In this document: positions 1 to 12,896 of the stretch, in pieces
How positions within the stretch are numbered: the first letter of the stretch is position 1
Layout: each line of letters starts with the position of its first letter
From: Coniocarpon cinnabarinum
Taxonomy: Eukaryota
Length of the DNA: 64,000 nucleotides
Assembly: GCA_051942205.1 (NCBI GenBank)
Contig: JAVECO010000048.1
Coordinates: forward strand, 1-64,000
Reading direction: 5' to 3'
The notes under the pieces: model-generated
What the model was told of the DNA's origin: nothing
The model's input: only the letters and a program-made list of their open reading frames with translations
The model's database searches: none
Position numbers and translations under genes: made by a program

Positions 1-267
1 ATTAACCTAACTTATAAGTTATAAACTACTAAACTAATTACTTACTAGTTTATAGTATACCTTACTTTCTTAGATAGTACTACTACTATTAGATAAAGTA
101 ACCTTTACTATAGTAGTATACTAGTTACTCTTCTTTATAGCCCTTACTATCTTTATCTCTTTATATTATTCTCTGTTATATTCTTCTATAGTAAAGGTTC
201 TTATCCTTAGAATAGCTCTACGTCTTCTTAGTTACTTAAGGGTAGGGTTCTTTGTAGGGGCGTTACA
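1..267. mobile_element. End of a nested, RIP-mutated LTR element inserted into the RNase H region of the Gypsy element; runs off the window start
   Basis: On the minus strand the host pol frame reads ...K-K-L-T-P-R-Q (normally followed by ARW) and switches abruptly at 267 to TGTAACGCCCC, a typical TG-starting LTR terminus. The sequence beyond is TpA-rich and CpA/TpG-poor. Confidence 0.65.
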
Positions 268-3200
268 CTTGCCTAGGCGTAAGCTTCTTTATTAATATAA
301 AGTATTCTAGGTCCTTATAATTAGATAGGACCTAGATAGGCTAGTTAACTAATTTAAGCTCTACTATCTATTACTTAAAGGCTTAAATAATTACTAATAG
401 CTCTTTATTATAAATTTTATAGTTATACTCTATAGGTAGTATTTTTTTAGATATAAACATAACTAGCTATAATACGCCTTACTTATTATACTAAAATAAG
501 ACTATAGTAGTTACTTAATTAGAAGCGTTAGGCTTAATAACTATCTTCTTGTTTAGATTAAAATAAGCTAGTAGATTACCTTCTTTAAATTATACTTTAA
601 TTTAAATAAAAGTAGCTTAATAGGCTTTAGTCTATTAAAACTTTTAGTTCTTCTTTATAAGCTCTATTAAAGGCTTAGTAATCTTTAAGAACTCTAGAAT
701 AAACTACTAGTAGAAGTTTATAAAGCTTAGAAAGCCTTAAACGTCTTTAACTAAGCTAAGGGTTAGCTATTAGGTAACTATAGTAACTTTCTTAGGGTCT
801 ATTTAAATACCTTAGGTACTAATTATAAGCCCTAAATACTAAACTTCTTAGGTATTAAATTTGTACTTTAAAGTATTAACTTATAGGCCTAACTTATAGA
901 GCTATTAAAGTACTTTTTATATATACTATTAGTACTCTTAAAGACTAGAGCTATAGATTAGGATATTATCTATATAGGCTATATAAAAGATATTAAGAAG
1001 GCTATATAGAGCCTTATTAATATAGGCTTAGAATAAAGCTAGGCTATTATAAAGACTAAAGAGTATTATTAAGTACTTAAATAAGCTATAGCGTATTAAA
1101 AAAGTAGTCTTCTACTTATTATCTTCTTAAATTTAGAGCTTATTAAATATAGAGATAATATTAAGCTTTATATAGTATTAAGCCTTTAATAGGTGGTCTA
1201 GGGTCTTAGTTACTAGAAGTAATAGGTATTAATTTTTAATAGTAACTTTATTAAGCCTATAGTAGTTAATATAAAAGTAAAGATCTTTATTTCTCTTTTA
1301 GATAAATAGAACTAGTATAGCTATAGGTAAGTAAAAAATATAAATAAAGCCTTTATTAAGCTTCTTTTCTAAGTACTTATAAAGCGCTTTTAACTACTTA
1401 TAGTTTATTAGAGAAATCTTATAGTTAGAAGGCTCTTTACCTAGCTATAGCTAAATTATATAATCTTTAAGTTAATAAGATAGTAGTTCTTTAGCTTTCT
1501 TATAATTAAATATATCTAAGAAGTTCTTATATTTCTTAGGTAAGTAATCTTAAAGGTCTATATTCTTAAGAATCTATATTAAGGCGTTTTTAATATATAT
1601 AAATTAAATACCTTAATATTTAGTATTCTAGTTTAGTAACTAGTTAATATCTTAGAGGCTAAAAGTAAAGGTTTAAGTATTACTTCTTTATACTTCTCTA
1701 GTAAATACTAATACTTTTAGTATAATTATAGATAGGCTTTAGGCTAGGAGATAGCTAGGTTATAGGATAGATATAGTCTAGGGTTACTCTAACTATAGCT
1801 TAAAAGTAGGTAACTAGCGCTTCTAGTTTTAGTAGTAAGCTATAGTTATTTTAAATTTATAGTACTACTACTTAATATATAAGAGCCTAAAAGTAATTTC
1901 TTTATATCTAAAATTAGTAATAAGCTATTACTACTTAATTTATAGAAGTCCTAAGACTAAGGGCTATTTTAATATTAGAAGGATAAGAGTAGCTAGTAGC
2001 TCCTTATATCTTAATATCTAGAGCTAAAAGACTATAGTATAAGTAATCTTAAGTAAAAGAGCTCTATTAAAGTTATAGACTATTACTACTTTAAGTAGTT
2101 TATAGAATAAGACGTTTTAAAGATATTATATAAGAGAAATATTAATAAAAGTAAAACCTAATACCTCTATATCTAGTAAAGTATTAATTAGCCTACTAGT
2201 AGCTATTATAAAAATAAATATATATTTATTTACTTAAAGATTAATTTATAGCTTAGAGTTAATTATCTTAACTAGTTAAGTAAATTTCTTAAATATAGGT
2301 CTCTACTAGCAACTTTTAATAGAAACTACTCTTTTAACTACTCTTTATATAAAGATAGTTCTTATAGAGGTATAGGTAGCACTAGCTAGACGTCTATCTT
2401 TTAAAGGTACTCTTTAGTAATATAGCCTATTTAGCTATAATTAAAGTATTGTTCTAGTTATATATAGGCTTCTTAGCTATTAATATCTATTTTGCTACCT
2501 TTTTATATAATAGTCTTTTACTTAATAGTAGGTGCTACTAAAGATACTAGTTTTAGAGAAATAGCTAGATAAAATTAGGGTTAGTCTAGCTATAGCTTAG
2601 TAGTAGAAAGAGGCTACTTTATATCCTATTAGTTAAAGAGATAGGGTTAAGTACTAGTAGGCGCCTACTAGAGAGTATTTTTATAAAAGTTTTAGTACTT
2701 ACTTTAAATTACTTAAAGATATTAAATTACTATATTCTTTCTATAGTAATATTTAATAAACTTAGAGTATATTATTAGTAACTTATAGTAAATAAAGCTT
2801 TTTTAAAGCTCTTAGCTATAACTACGTATTATTAGAGAGACGGCTTAATTATAAAACTAGGCTATTAATAAATAGTAAAGAGTCTACTTAAATTTTATCT
2901 AAAACTTATAAAATAGACAATTTTTCTACTTTAAGGTAAATAGCTTATTATCTATATATTCTTTATAGGCTAGGTTATTAAAATAGTAGTTAAGTTTTTT
3001 AAGAAACTAAGAGATTATATTAATAGTAGGTTTAAGACTTAGATTTTTAAGATATAAGAAATTATATTCTATTACCTTTACTACTTTATTTAATAGATAT
3101 AAGTAGGTGTATTAAACCTTATCTACTTCTAAAAGAAAGTAATTAGTATTATAGGTAAGCTTATTTTAAAGACTATTCTTAAATAACTTAAGGTTTATAT

Positions 3201-3875
3201 AGAATCTATTATAGAGGTTAGGGTTTAAAAGCTTTATTAATTTTTAGGGTTTCTAAGTTGTTTATAAGCCTTAAAGGGCTTAAATAAGGTCTTATAAGTT
3301 AGGTTACTAGATAGTAGTAGGGATAGGTTTAGTAGTTTAAGCTTAGTTCTAAAGAATTTTTAAAATATATACTAGATTAATTATAATAGCGTACTAGAAG
3401 TAGATTAGATTATTTAGCTAATTAGTAGTCTATTAGTCTTTTAGTAAAAGCTCTATAGAAGCTATTCTTTTAGTTCTTTCTTTATAGCCTATATAGCCGT
3501 AGTTGCTTCTTCTTTTAATTTATTAGTAGCTAGCTTACTAGCTACCTAATTAGATAATTTCTTTAGTTTATTTAGTTTCTTTAGTTTATTTTTTTAGTTT
3601 AGTTTATTTATTTATTTATTTATAAGTAGAACGCTTGCTTAAGTATTAGATATAGTAGATATAACATAATATAAGGATTATAGCCTAATAGAATTTAATG
3701 TAGTACCTATAGACTAGCCTAACTATAAAGAATATTATATAAAGAAGAAGGAAGCTTCTTTATATACAAAGAAGTTATTAAAAGTACGCGCTAAGCCCTT
3801 AGAGTTATGCACCCTATATAGTTACGTACGCGCTTATATTACGTAGCCTTATAATTCTAGCTCTAGATCCTTATA
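268..3875 (-). mobile_element. RIP-inactivated Ty3/Gypsy LTR retrotransposon (LTR, gag, RT, RNase H; integrase not in window)
   Basis: Very AT-rich with a TpA excess. Reversing C>T/G>A changes on the minus strand restores RT motifs at ~940-1290 (DYRGLN..IKNRYPLP, KLDI..AF, EWKTAF.TRYGLFEYLVMPFGL.N.PA.FQ; literal AYIDNILIYS for the YxDD box near 965-976). It also restores RNase H motifs at ~270-540 (DAS; literal YKIYNKELLV for YEIYDKELLA) and a gag zinc knuckle CFNCGQIGHIAKECP at ~2404-2455. Confidence 0.93.
3670..3875 (-). repeat. 5' LTR of the Gypsy element (~206 bp)
   Basis: Bounded by a perfect 9-bp inverted repeat, TATAAGGAT (3670-3678) / ATCCTTATA (3867-3875), the RIP product of TGTAAGGAT...ATCCTTACA. 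Lies just upstream of gag. Confidence 0.7.
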
Positions 3876-4330
3876 ATTATAATCTTACTTTATAAAAAAA
3901 AATTTAAAAATTAGGCTTTATATAGCTCTACGTCTATAGTTATAAGCTTTATTAGTTATAAAATTATATATAAAAAGACTTATTAGCGTAAGAAGAAAGC
4001 TTTTAGATATTTTTTATATATCTATATATATACTAGTAATTCTTTTTGCCTATATCTATATTACTAAGATAGGTAGTAGACTAGCTAAATAGAGCAATTT
4101 ATAATACCCTAGACTCTTTTTTAGCAATTTTTAAAGGTCTTATAAAAATTAGGCTTAGACCCTCTAGCAGTTCTTATAAAAGTAGCCCGTACGGAGATGT
4201 CTAAGTAAGCTAAGACTAGGTAACCTCTGCGCCGCCTGCATGTTTTACTACCCTAGTTATATGCTTAATACCTTGATAAGGAAACTTTAGTAGCAAATTA
4301 CGTGGTGTTGCGACCCTTCACTTAGGAAGT

Positions 4331-4896
4331 AATCTTAGCGCCACACCCCTAGGCTTACCCTGCCCGCCTTTAGACTCCTTTCTTCCCTACATTCTGCGGT
4401 ATTATTAATTCTTATACTAGTACTACATAGCTCCTTAATATTTTGCTTAAGATTAAGATATTAATATTAATAATATTATTACTACTACTATAAAGATTAT
4501 AAATAATACTTTTTTTTAAAAAATAAATTATGCCTTATAGAGTTATTAAAGTAGTTATTATTATATAAAAGAACGCTTAAAAAGGCTATTTTTAATATTA
4601 GTTTAATATAGTTTTATTTAGTAATTTTAACTCTACTTCTAATATTAGATTATATACACTTTATTAAAATAGATAAAGGCGTACTAGATTAAGAATATAG
4701 TATAAATATTAGTAAATATAATAATATAATAATATAGTTTACTATACTATACTTACCATTAGTAGTAAGTATATAGCCTTATTACAATTATTACGTCTTA
4801 CTACTAAAAAGTTAAATAAGCAAAAATGTAGTGTAGTTATAAGAGATCGTTGTACCGCGAGATTTAGGGTAAGTCAGGGGGTGTGGCGCTAAGATT
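4331..4896. mobile_element. TIR-bounded non-autonomous DNA transposon/MITE-like relic with RIP-mutated core
   Basis: 4331-4361 and 4866-4896 are 31-bp inverted repeats (28/31 match) around a very AT-rich core. An extra GGGGGTGTGG subterminal copy follows at ~4898-4907. Confidence 0.55.
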
Positions 4897-5335
4897 TGGG
4901 GGTGTGGGCCTACCAACTCCCTTCACTCGTCGCACCGTTTCATTCATTGTCGCGCATAAGGACTTGCTCTTCAGACTCGATCTTGGCAATGACGTCTGTC
5001 TGTAACTTCTGTAGCGTTCTTCTGGTCAGCAACCAAGTGTCAAGCGCCACACTCCTCTTATACTGTGAGTTCAGACGTGGCTGGTATACTCTGTTCTGAT
5101 GCCGTTTCATTCCTGCGACCCGGTCGCAAAGGCGGATATATTGCGTTGCCCGCCATACCAAACATGGTTCCATTGAGCTTGGAAGGTAATTCTTGTCTCA
5201 GTGGAAAATAGCTTTACTATCTCTGCAGAAGGCAGCAGGACAAAACCCCTCCATGACATTAACAAGTCCGCTCTGTTTCAGAAGACCTCCACTCAAACGC
5301 AGCCGTTGGACGTAGAGAAAGTAACACCATGTCCC

Positions 5336-6529
5336 TCAAAGCTCATGCACACTGAGCCTGTACAAGCCCTTTTGTCTGGCCATGCTGTTTTCGTCCTTCT
5401 TCAAATCGTCGACTACCGGTTGCAAGTCGTACTGACTGTCAATCATTCTGCCGTTCAGCAGCTTAGCCTCCGAAGAAGCCGCAAGCCAGACCATCGTATG
5501 CGCTGCAAGCCTACTACTAACGTCAGCGTCGTTCCAAGCTTCTTGAGGAATCTTTCGTCACCGAGGACGTACTGAGGTGATCGATACGTGCAGTCCTGAA
5601 AGTCGTCCACCATCTTCTGCATCTCAGGTGATGATCCAAGCACGTCGATGTTCACCCCACCGTCCCGCTTGCCCATTTGAGTGTCTACCGTTCCCGGATG
5701 AACAGCAAACATCTTCACGCCTTGACGGCCCACTTCGGTCTGGATGTTCTGCGTAAACTTGATTAATGCGGCCTTGGAGGCAGCGTAGGCGCTCTGATGT
5801 TCGACATCAATCGCGCTGGCCGTGCTGGTGAGCAGCCGGTCAGCCATCGAGCCTCCTCGAGCCTTGGTGATCAACCTCTCTCACCTCGTCACATTGATGA
5901 CAGTCCCCTGATGCCGCTCGAGCATGCCCTCGAGGACAGCTTTGGTCATCATGAGAGGGCCTCGAAAGCTGGATTCCAGGACTTCTCCATGTCATTCAGG
6001 CTATCTCGCGCAAGGATGGATGTATTAGAGCGGGTCATACCTGCAATATTGACCAGGACGTCCACTGGTCCCAGAGCATCCTCAGTCTCAGCGATCACGC
6101 GTTCAGCCGACAATGGCTCTGCTAAGTTGGTAGAGATAGCAATAACCGGTGTCTCGTAGAGGTTTCTGATGTCTTCTTGGATGGCATCAAGATCCGGAGA
6201 GCTATCTGCTACCAGTATGACACCTGTAGCAAGTTGAATGACTTGGTCGAGACACTCTGGGAATGGGTGACTCGGATCACTCACCTGCTCCGACGGACGC
6301 AAATGCCAACGCGGTTTCGCGCCCAATGCCTACAAACAGATGTTTACGTGAGTCTGCAAACAAGAAAAGGTGTGGTCATCGCTCAGACAAGTGCATCAGA
6401 TGTACCTTTGCTGGCTCCAGTGACTACAACGTTTTGGCCGCGAAGCGCTCCTCGGAACTGGTCAGGCTTGATGAAATCATACGTGTCATATTGTGGAAGC
6501 AGGCTGCAGTCTGTAACGAAGGCAGGCAT
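5336..6529 (-). pseudogene. Short-chain dehydrogenase/reductase (SDR), apparently frameshifted
   Basis: Hand-spliced exons: MPAFVTD...VVVTGASKG|IGRETALAFASVGA|...VDVLVNIAG..., then in another frame EVLESSFRGPLMMTKAVLEGMLERHQGTVINVT|STAS...SAYAASKAAL...FAVHPGTVDT...|...KGLYRLSVHEL*. TGxxxGIG and YxxxK motifs are present. The frame break near 5985-5995 is not explained by any intron I can find. Confidence 0.75.
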
Positions 6530-8808
6530 CGTAAAAATTTGCCAACTCTCTCAATCAGCCCGCAGACGCGTAAAGCAATGAAGTTGATTTGATTAGGCAC
6601 AAAATTGCTGAAGTTGACGAGGCACATGATTATATTTCAAGCTTGGAGAAGACGCGGGTCGCGATCGGATGCATGGCAAAACGCCTTGGGACCCATGGCC
6701 TCTCCTTGCGTGTCATGGAACTAAGCCCAACTGCATGCGAACAGATCGTTCCAACCCTTTTCCGGCTCGCGAGAGGACCGAAGAGTGGGACCAGACCATC
6801 CAGTGATAATCCTTTTGGGCATAGTCTACGGACGTGTACTCTAAGCACGCCCAAGGCTTGCACTAACCTGAAACAGGAAGATTTCCTCTGACGAACAACA
6901 TGATTTGGTAAACGGCTATCACTCCGAGGTAGGCTGCCTACAGGAGAGGCGGATAGGCTGACTTATTACACGATAGACAATGCGAAACACGGCAGTGGGT
7001 TTGAGGTTCCTAGCCAGTGGTCAATCGCCTGACCCTTCGGCGCGTCAACAGTCTGGCGAAGCAGGTTAGCACGCTCCAATGACTTGGTAACTCTGAGATC
7101 CGATCCTAGTCCATCGATAACTTTAACAAGTTGATCAACGTCTGATACCCTAGTCGGAGTTTTCTGGGTAACGCGTGTCCAATCTGCTGGATTGCGTACT
7201 TCGTGCTTGGATGAAGCCGTCACAGGTGATGAGCTCCACAGTGCTGAGCTGGTCAGCATGGAGTCAGGAATAGCAATAAAACTCAGCCGTCTGTGAGGGG
7301 TTTCCTTGCATTCCAGGAGACTTATTCATGGGGCAGCATCGATTGACAAGCAGGCATGATCCGGGCATTTGGGTGGAGCCAAGTGTCCGACGAGTTCGGC
7401 CTTCCAGCTGCACAATGCTCTTTATGGCAGGCTAAAAAGCTGCAGTCAGCAAAGTTTAACAGGCGCAGCGATTCTGAAAGAGATGCTCCATTTTGTGGGA
7501 GGGAAAGACCCCGTTGTGTGAGAACTCATAATGTGGCCATTCTTGCTACTTTGATACCCTTCCCGCACTAAGCACAAAGCGGCACAACGGCTTGAAGAAC
7601 CTCTGGAGCGGCACGTTGAGGGAAGAGTGGTGAGGGGATGGGAGATGGGAAATGTTAAGATCGACGTCGTGGCGCCAGGATTGTGTGCCGAGACACGGAG
7701 ACCTGCCGAGCTGTTCAAGTGTTGCGGGTCAATAATGATCCGTAGCGCATGACTACCCTTATGCACGTGATTTGTATCCCCCCAAGCTTGGCATTCCTAG
7801 ACCCGCCTTGCCGTGCCCAAGTCTTGAGAAACACATCCAAGTGAGGAATCATGAACGCCAACAGAAGAAGATAGGCTGATGTTGGCAGGTAGCCTGCAAG
7901 CGACGTTGCTATTGGCAAGTAACACAGTCGAGCCCTGCACCCCACATTCACTAGCCGCCGCCAGTCCGATTTGACAGGCATTTCCATGTGCAGCTGATCA
8001 CCTGTCATTCACGCTTGCACATTTCCTGCGGACCCTGCGGCGTACGCAACTTCTTTTCTTGTCCTGGGGTATGCATATTATACTCCCATATTCCGGTTGA
8101 ATATCGAGATGTAGCAGTAGTGAATCCCTGTCGAATCCTGTTCTTCAAGGCTTGATACAGTTATTGTCGAAAGATACATTGAGTAGAAGAGGCTATCAGC
8201 CATGATAACTTGCTGCAAAAGAAGAACGAGAAACACGATGTGCCGAGACACGAAGCACGCCATGTGTAGCATGCATCTTGGCAAGTTGACCATCCATGCT
8301 CATATATAATCTTGCTTATAGATGATCCCTGTATGATGTACTATGGCAATCATACCTTCTCTGGACGGCTATGAGGCTCAGCTTCTCGAAAGTCCCTGGG
8401 CATTGTGCGGACCTATCAGCGATTGTCACGGTGGACAGTCCACGGCAATCCGATGTGTCAGTGGGTTCTGTCCTTCGTACCTTGAGTCTGGAGCTGGAAT
8501 TTCCTTCCATACACAGGCAATTCAGGAAAACAGCACCGCGGCTACTACCATACTGTGTAGGTCGATCACACAGAGTAGTATCCTCAACCCTTAGAAGCAA
8601 GATCCGTGTGCTCCAAATCAATCTATAAAGATGTCTTGCAGTTCTCCTAGATTTCCGTTCTGTCTTTTCACAACATTGCAGCACTCGTTCTTCAGAACTA
8701 CATTCACTCTACTACTCTCATTGAAAGCCTTACCAGCTTATAGCTCTTTGTGATTCTCCAACCTATCTCGTTTTCAGCAACTTTTCACTTCAACAAGCAG
8801 ACAACATT

Positions 8809-9619
8809 ATGGCGCCGATCGCTGTCGCCCTTCTGGGTGGTCTTCTCGCAGCTCGTGCTGCTGCACACGGTTTCGTCTCTCAGGTGAAAATTGGCAGCAC
8901 ATATTACCAGGGATACGACCCCACCAAGTACCCATACATCACCCCGGCCCCGACGGTAGCAGGCTGGACAGACAACAATCTTGGCATTGGCTTCGTAGCG
9001 CCCGATCAATACCAGTATGTTCACCACAAGTCCATAAGGCAAATCTTGTCGACACCACGAGCTTGGCTAATATGTACTCGATAGAAACCCCAATATCATC
9101 TGCCACAATGATGCCACCCCCGGCAAGACCCACATTCCTGTGGCCGCTGGTCAAGCTGTGTCACTTCTCTGGACTCCATGGCCCGATACCCATCTGGGAC
9201 CGATCATCACTTACATGGCCAACTGCAACGGAGCATGCGAGACTGTTGACAAGACCAAACTACAATTCGTCAAGGTCGACGCGTCCGGCCTCATCACCCC
9301 CGGCAGCCCGGGCACCTGGGCAACCACGAACATGATCGCCAACAACAACACCTACACAGTGACCATACCAAAGAACTTGGCAGCCGGCAACTACGTCATG
9401 AGACATGAGATCATTGCGCTGCATTCTGCCGGAAGTGTCGATGGCGCACAAAACTACCCGTCGTGTATCAACTTCGCTGTCACCGGCAGTGGAACCGCCA
9501 AGCCCGCTGGGACTTTGGGCGAGCAGCTCTACACGGAGAACGACCCTGGTATCCTGTTCAACCTCTACAAGCAGAATGACAACTACCCGATGCCAGGTCC
9601 AGCACTGTTCACAGGTTGA
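8809..9619 (+). CDS. AA9 (GH61) lytic polysaccharide monooxygenase, secreted, no CBM
   Basis: Signal peptide then His1 (AAA|HGFV). One intron 9015-9084 (GTATGT..GCTAAT..TAG). Motifs [20 protein letters not shown] and GAQNYPSC. Confidence 0.96.
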
Positions 9620-10271
9620 GAAGCGGTTGTTTGAAGCATTTTGGAGTGGTTGGAGGAGTTGCATCTTCGTTTATACGGTCGCTCATTTGGATTCGTAGTG
9701 AATATCTATCAACGCTTTCAACAAAAATTGCCGATCAAGTGAAGCTGCCTTCTATTTTTCTTCTGCTCAAGTCTGTATCTAATGTGACTTAAAGAGGAGG
9801 AAGGTCTTCCTCCTTGCGCCCGATTGCCTAAGAAGTCCCAAGATATTACACGCTGCCTTGCACGTGTGACTGGACTTCGCCTAAGTGTAGACGCGTAGCC
9901 GTTCCTTACGAGAGCCCAGGTGGAAAGAGCTACGAGGATAGCGATGGAAGCCCGCCATGATTGTTATAGTTCGTGATGGGTTTGTAGGAAGTGCTCTCGT
10001 CGGTCTGTCTTATCGTAGTCTTCTTATCTTGGAAAGCAAGTTTTCAACAGCTGTCTCCTTCGATACAACCAGTCACACTGCTTGTTGATGTAGGAGCGCG
10101 CGGCTTGGTCTTTTCTGTTTTTCAGAAGGTTAAAATAGCAGAACACAAGTGAAGTCCGCATCTGCTTTATCTTCCACCTCTTTTTAAATACACGCAGCTG
10201 CTTGTTCCACTCCTGCGAGTCGCATATTCGGCATGAAGTCATTCTTCGCCCGGCTCAGTCTTCAACCTCGC

Positions 10272-11408
10272 CTAAAGCAACCCACCACCAACTCCTGCAA
10301 CTTTCAGCCCCCCTTCACCTTCCCTGCCACCGCCGAAAGCCACCCAATATCTCCCAGGATGCCAAGCCACTTCCGTGACGGCCCTTCGTCCCTCGCCGCG
10401 GCATTCAATCCTGCACACTTCTTCTCCATCTTCGACATGCACCACGCCTACCCCTTCAAATCCTTGACCACCATTGTCATCGCCCGCGACTAAGTATGCT
10501 CCATCGAAACTGAAACTTAGGCTTCGACCCGGCCCGGTCAGGAGACCCGGATACGTCTGCTTGCAGCTCCAGTCCTGCACGTCCCACAAACTGACAAGGC
10601 TATCAGCACCTACGGTCGCGACATGACGGCCTCGTGGATCGGAGATAGCTCGCGTCACAGCCGATGGATGTGCGTGCACCGTTTTCTGCACCGTCAGATC
10701 AGGATACGACAGGATCTGAAGACGTCCATTGCCGCATGGCAAGAGCAAATACTGCCCATTATTTGAGAAGGAAGGGGCATAAATCTGAGCGTCCCACTGT
10801 TGGGACTCCACTACGACTTGCTGCCGTCGGGAGACAGTGACGATGTTATCATTCTTCGTCGCGACGACCACTTCATCGCCACCAGTCTGTGGCGGACGCC
10901 AGCACAGTCCCAATCCAGAGTCACCTGCTGTAATCGTACTCACCAACGGCGCTCGCGCCCGCACATCCCAAAAGCGCAACACGCCATCGCTGCCCAAGCT
11001 CGCAAGGTCGGCATCAAGCGAAGGATTGAAAATTACGCATTCCGTCCCCGTCAAATGACTCGGACGCGCCAGCCCACTACGCGAGCCTCTAGTTGCGGAT
11101 CCCGAGCTGTCAGACACGGGGAGCTTCAGCTCAATACTGTGCTTCACATCTGCACGCTGAGGGTTCCATACCCGCAAGATACGGGAGTCCGCGGACGCGA
11201 GGAGAGTACCCAGTGGGGACCAGGAGAGCGCGCGGATGTCTTGTTGAGGGTTGGCCGTGGTGGAGCGGGCGGAGGCGCTGGGGTAGACGACGTGGTCGCG
11301 GAAGATGTGGGGTTTGGAGAGGGCGAAGCCGGAGGCGAGACCGAAAGGGTTACGTGATTTTTTGGTAAATGGGGTGGCTGATTGCGAGATGACTGTCGTA
11401 GCGGTCAT
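10272..11408 (-). CDS. TEX1: WD40-repeat protein, THO/TREX subunit THOC3/Tex1-like
   Basis: Intronless 378-aa ORF with WD repeats (IRALSWSPLGTLLAS, LRFWDVR, AHPS..DPRGRHVATVGADSLVSLWD, SLSFSFDGAYL, VAWHPGRYWVAF) in the THOC3 arrangement. Confidence 0.85.
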   Translation of the reverse strand: MTATTVISQSATPFTKKSRNPFGLASGFALSKPHIFRDHVVYPSASARSTTANPQQDIRALSWSPLGTLLASADSRILRVWNPQRADVKHSIELKLPVSDSSGSATRGSRSGLARPSHLTGTECVIFNPSLDADLASLGSDGVLRFWDVRARAPLVSTITAGDSGLGLCWRPPQTGGDEVVVATKNDNIVTVSRRQQVVVESQQWDAQIYAPSFSNNGQYLLLPCGNGRLQILSYPDLTVQKTVHAHPSAVTRAISDPRGRHVATVGADSLVSLWDVQDWSCKQTYPGLLTGPGRSLSFSFDGAYLVAGDDNGGQGFEGVGVVHVEDGEEVCRIECRGEGRRAVTEVAWHPGRYWVAFGGGREGEGGLKVAGVGGGLL

Positions 11409-12128
11409 GGTCCAAGCTTTGTAGATAATTTGTCCACTGGCTGGTTTCTGGTGGCGATCTCCTCCACCTAAGCTTCGTCAAGGTGACAGACCTACAAACA
11501 TGATGGTATGTTTGAGGACATCTGTCGCTCCTCGTAATCGACTTAGCCAGGTTTGTTACTGCTGACGCCTGATTATATGGCTTTGTTCGAACACGTAGGT
11601 AAGCATTGGCACATGACTAAGGAGAAGATATAGAGACGAGCACGTGATATCAAGTCCATAGTTGCTAATTATGGTAATGTTTCGATATTTGACTATACAT
11701 GTTAACAAACTCATAGAGAACTTTTCGGCCGGCTTGATAAGTCTCAGGCGCAGAGTAGAATTTATACGGGTAACGGTGAACTTGCTGTAATGACCCGCAG
11801 CCAAACCCAGCGCGAGAAGAGAAAGAAGATTTTGACGTGGTAGTAGAATGATATTAGGAGGCTATGTTCGTCTTCGTTTCGGATAATAGCAGAATGCTAT
11901 GCAAATGTATCAGAGGTGATATCAGGCATGACACCATTTGCGCCGTTACCACTTGAATATCGTTTTGTGAAGATCCCGGCTTCGGTATCATCACAGATAC
12001 CTTTACCACCATGAAACAGTAACTACGCATCAGTAGTACTCCTTGATCAGTTCGCGGGGTGGCTTCGCAGCGGCATTATGATGATCTACGCAAGGCAATT
12101 GTCCGTTATCTTCATGGAAAAGCGCTTC

Positions 12129-12896
12129 TTAGCCAGTGACCACCAAAACTTTTCTGGCAGCTTCCTCGCTCTGCTCGTGCCACTCTGACCTCAGCAATTC
12201 CCAAGAACTCCCACCAGACCAACCCAGGTCCTCCTTCCAGCCTATCTTCCTGCTCTTTCCGTACTTCCTGAATCCTGTTTTCTCCAATACTCGCTCGCTC
12301 GCGGGCGCCCAATCTGCCGCAACAAACCCCTCGACCCGCTCTATGTCCGGGAAATTTTCAAAAACCCATCCCACGAAGCCCTTTGCAGCTGCAGTCATGA
12401 CGCCCTTGTTCCACCACTCCTTGCCGATAAGATAGCTGAGGGTCGCAGATGGAAACGTTGCGTGCTCTTCGCGTGAATCCATTCCAATCTCGATTTCACC
12501 TAGAACATGCTCAAGCAACACTCCGTCCTTGTCCTCTAAGAGTGTGATGGCGTACGCCAGGGGCACCTTCTCGCCACTGCCGGTCGTGCCAAACTCTGCC
12601 TCTTTGAGCCCATTCCACACCCAACCCCAGGCATGTCGGACACGGTCGCTATGTTTGATCACACGTGAGCTGTAGCCGCGGTTCATGTCTTCGGTCATTG
12701 CCAATGCCAATTTTGGCACGTCAGAGAATCGCCACGGACGAAGTGCGCATCGCAACGAAGGGTCACGAAGTGCAGCAGTGAAGATTGGATTCGGTGAAAC
12801 ACGAGAAAGGGGCGACTCCTTTGATCGTAGCGATGCAGGGATGGAGCTTGAGCGTTGCTGGGCTTTGGGCTGCTCCTCTCCGGAGGACATGGTCAT
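12129..12896 (-). CDS. GNAT-family (RimJ/RimL-like) acetyltransferase
   Basis: 255-aa ORF with LRPW, LSYLIGKEWWNKGVMTAA and ASERVLEKTGF motifs. Confidence 0.85.
   Translation of the reverse strand: MTMSSGEEQPKAQQRSSSIPASLRSKESPLSRVSPNPIFTAALRDPSLRCALRPWRFSDVPKLALAMTEDMNRGYSSRVIKHSDRVRHAWGWVWNGLKEAEFGTTGSGEKVPLAYAITLLEDKDGVLLEHVLGEIEIGMDSREEHATFPSATLSYLIGKEWWNKGVMTAAAKGFVGWVFENFPDIERVEGFVAADWAPASERVLEKTGFRKYGKSRKIGWKEDLGWSGGSSWELLRSEWHEQSEEAARKVLVVTG

Noticed and set aside
6630..7259. Two same-frame minus-strand ORFs that might be a decayed gene
   Set aside because: No recognisable motif or splice structure; cannot be supported.
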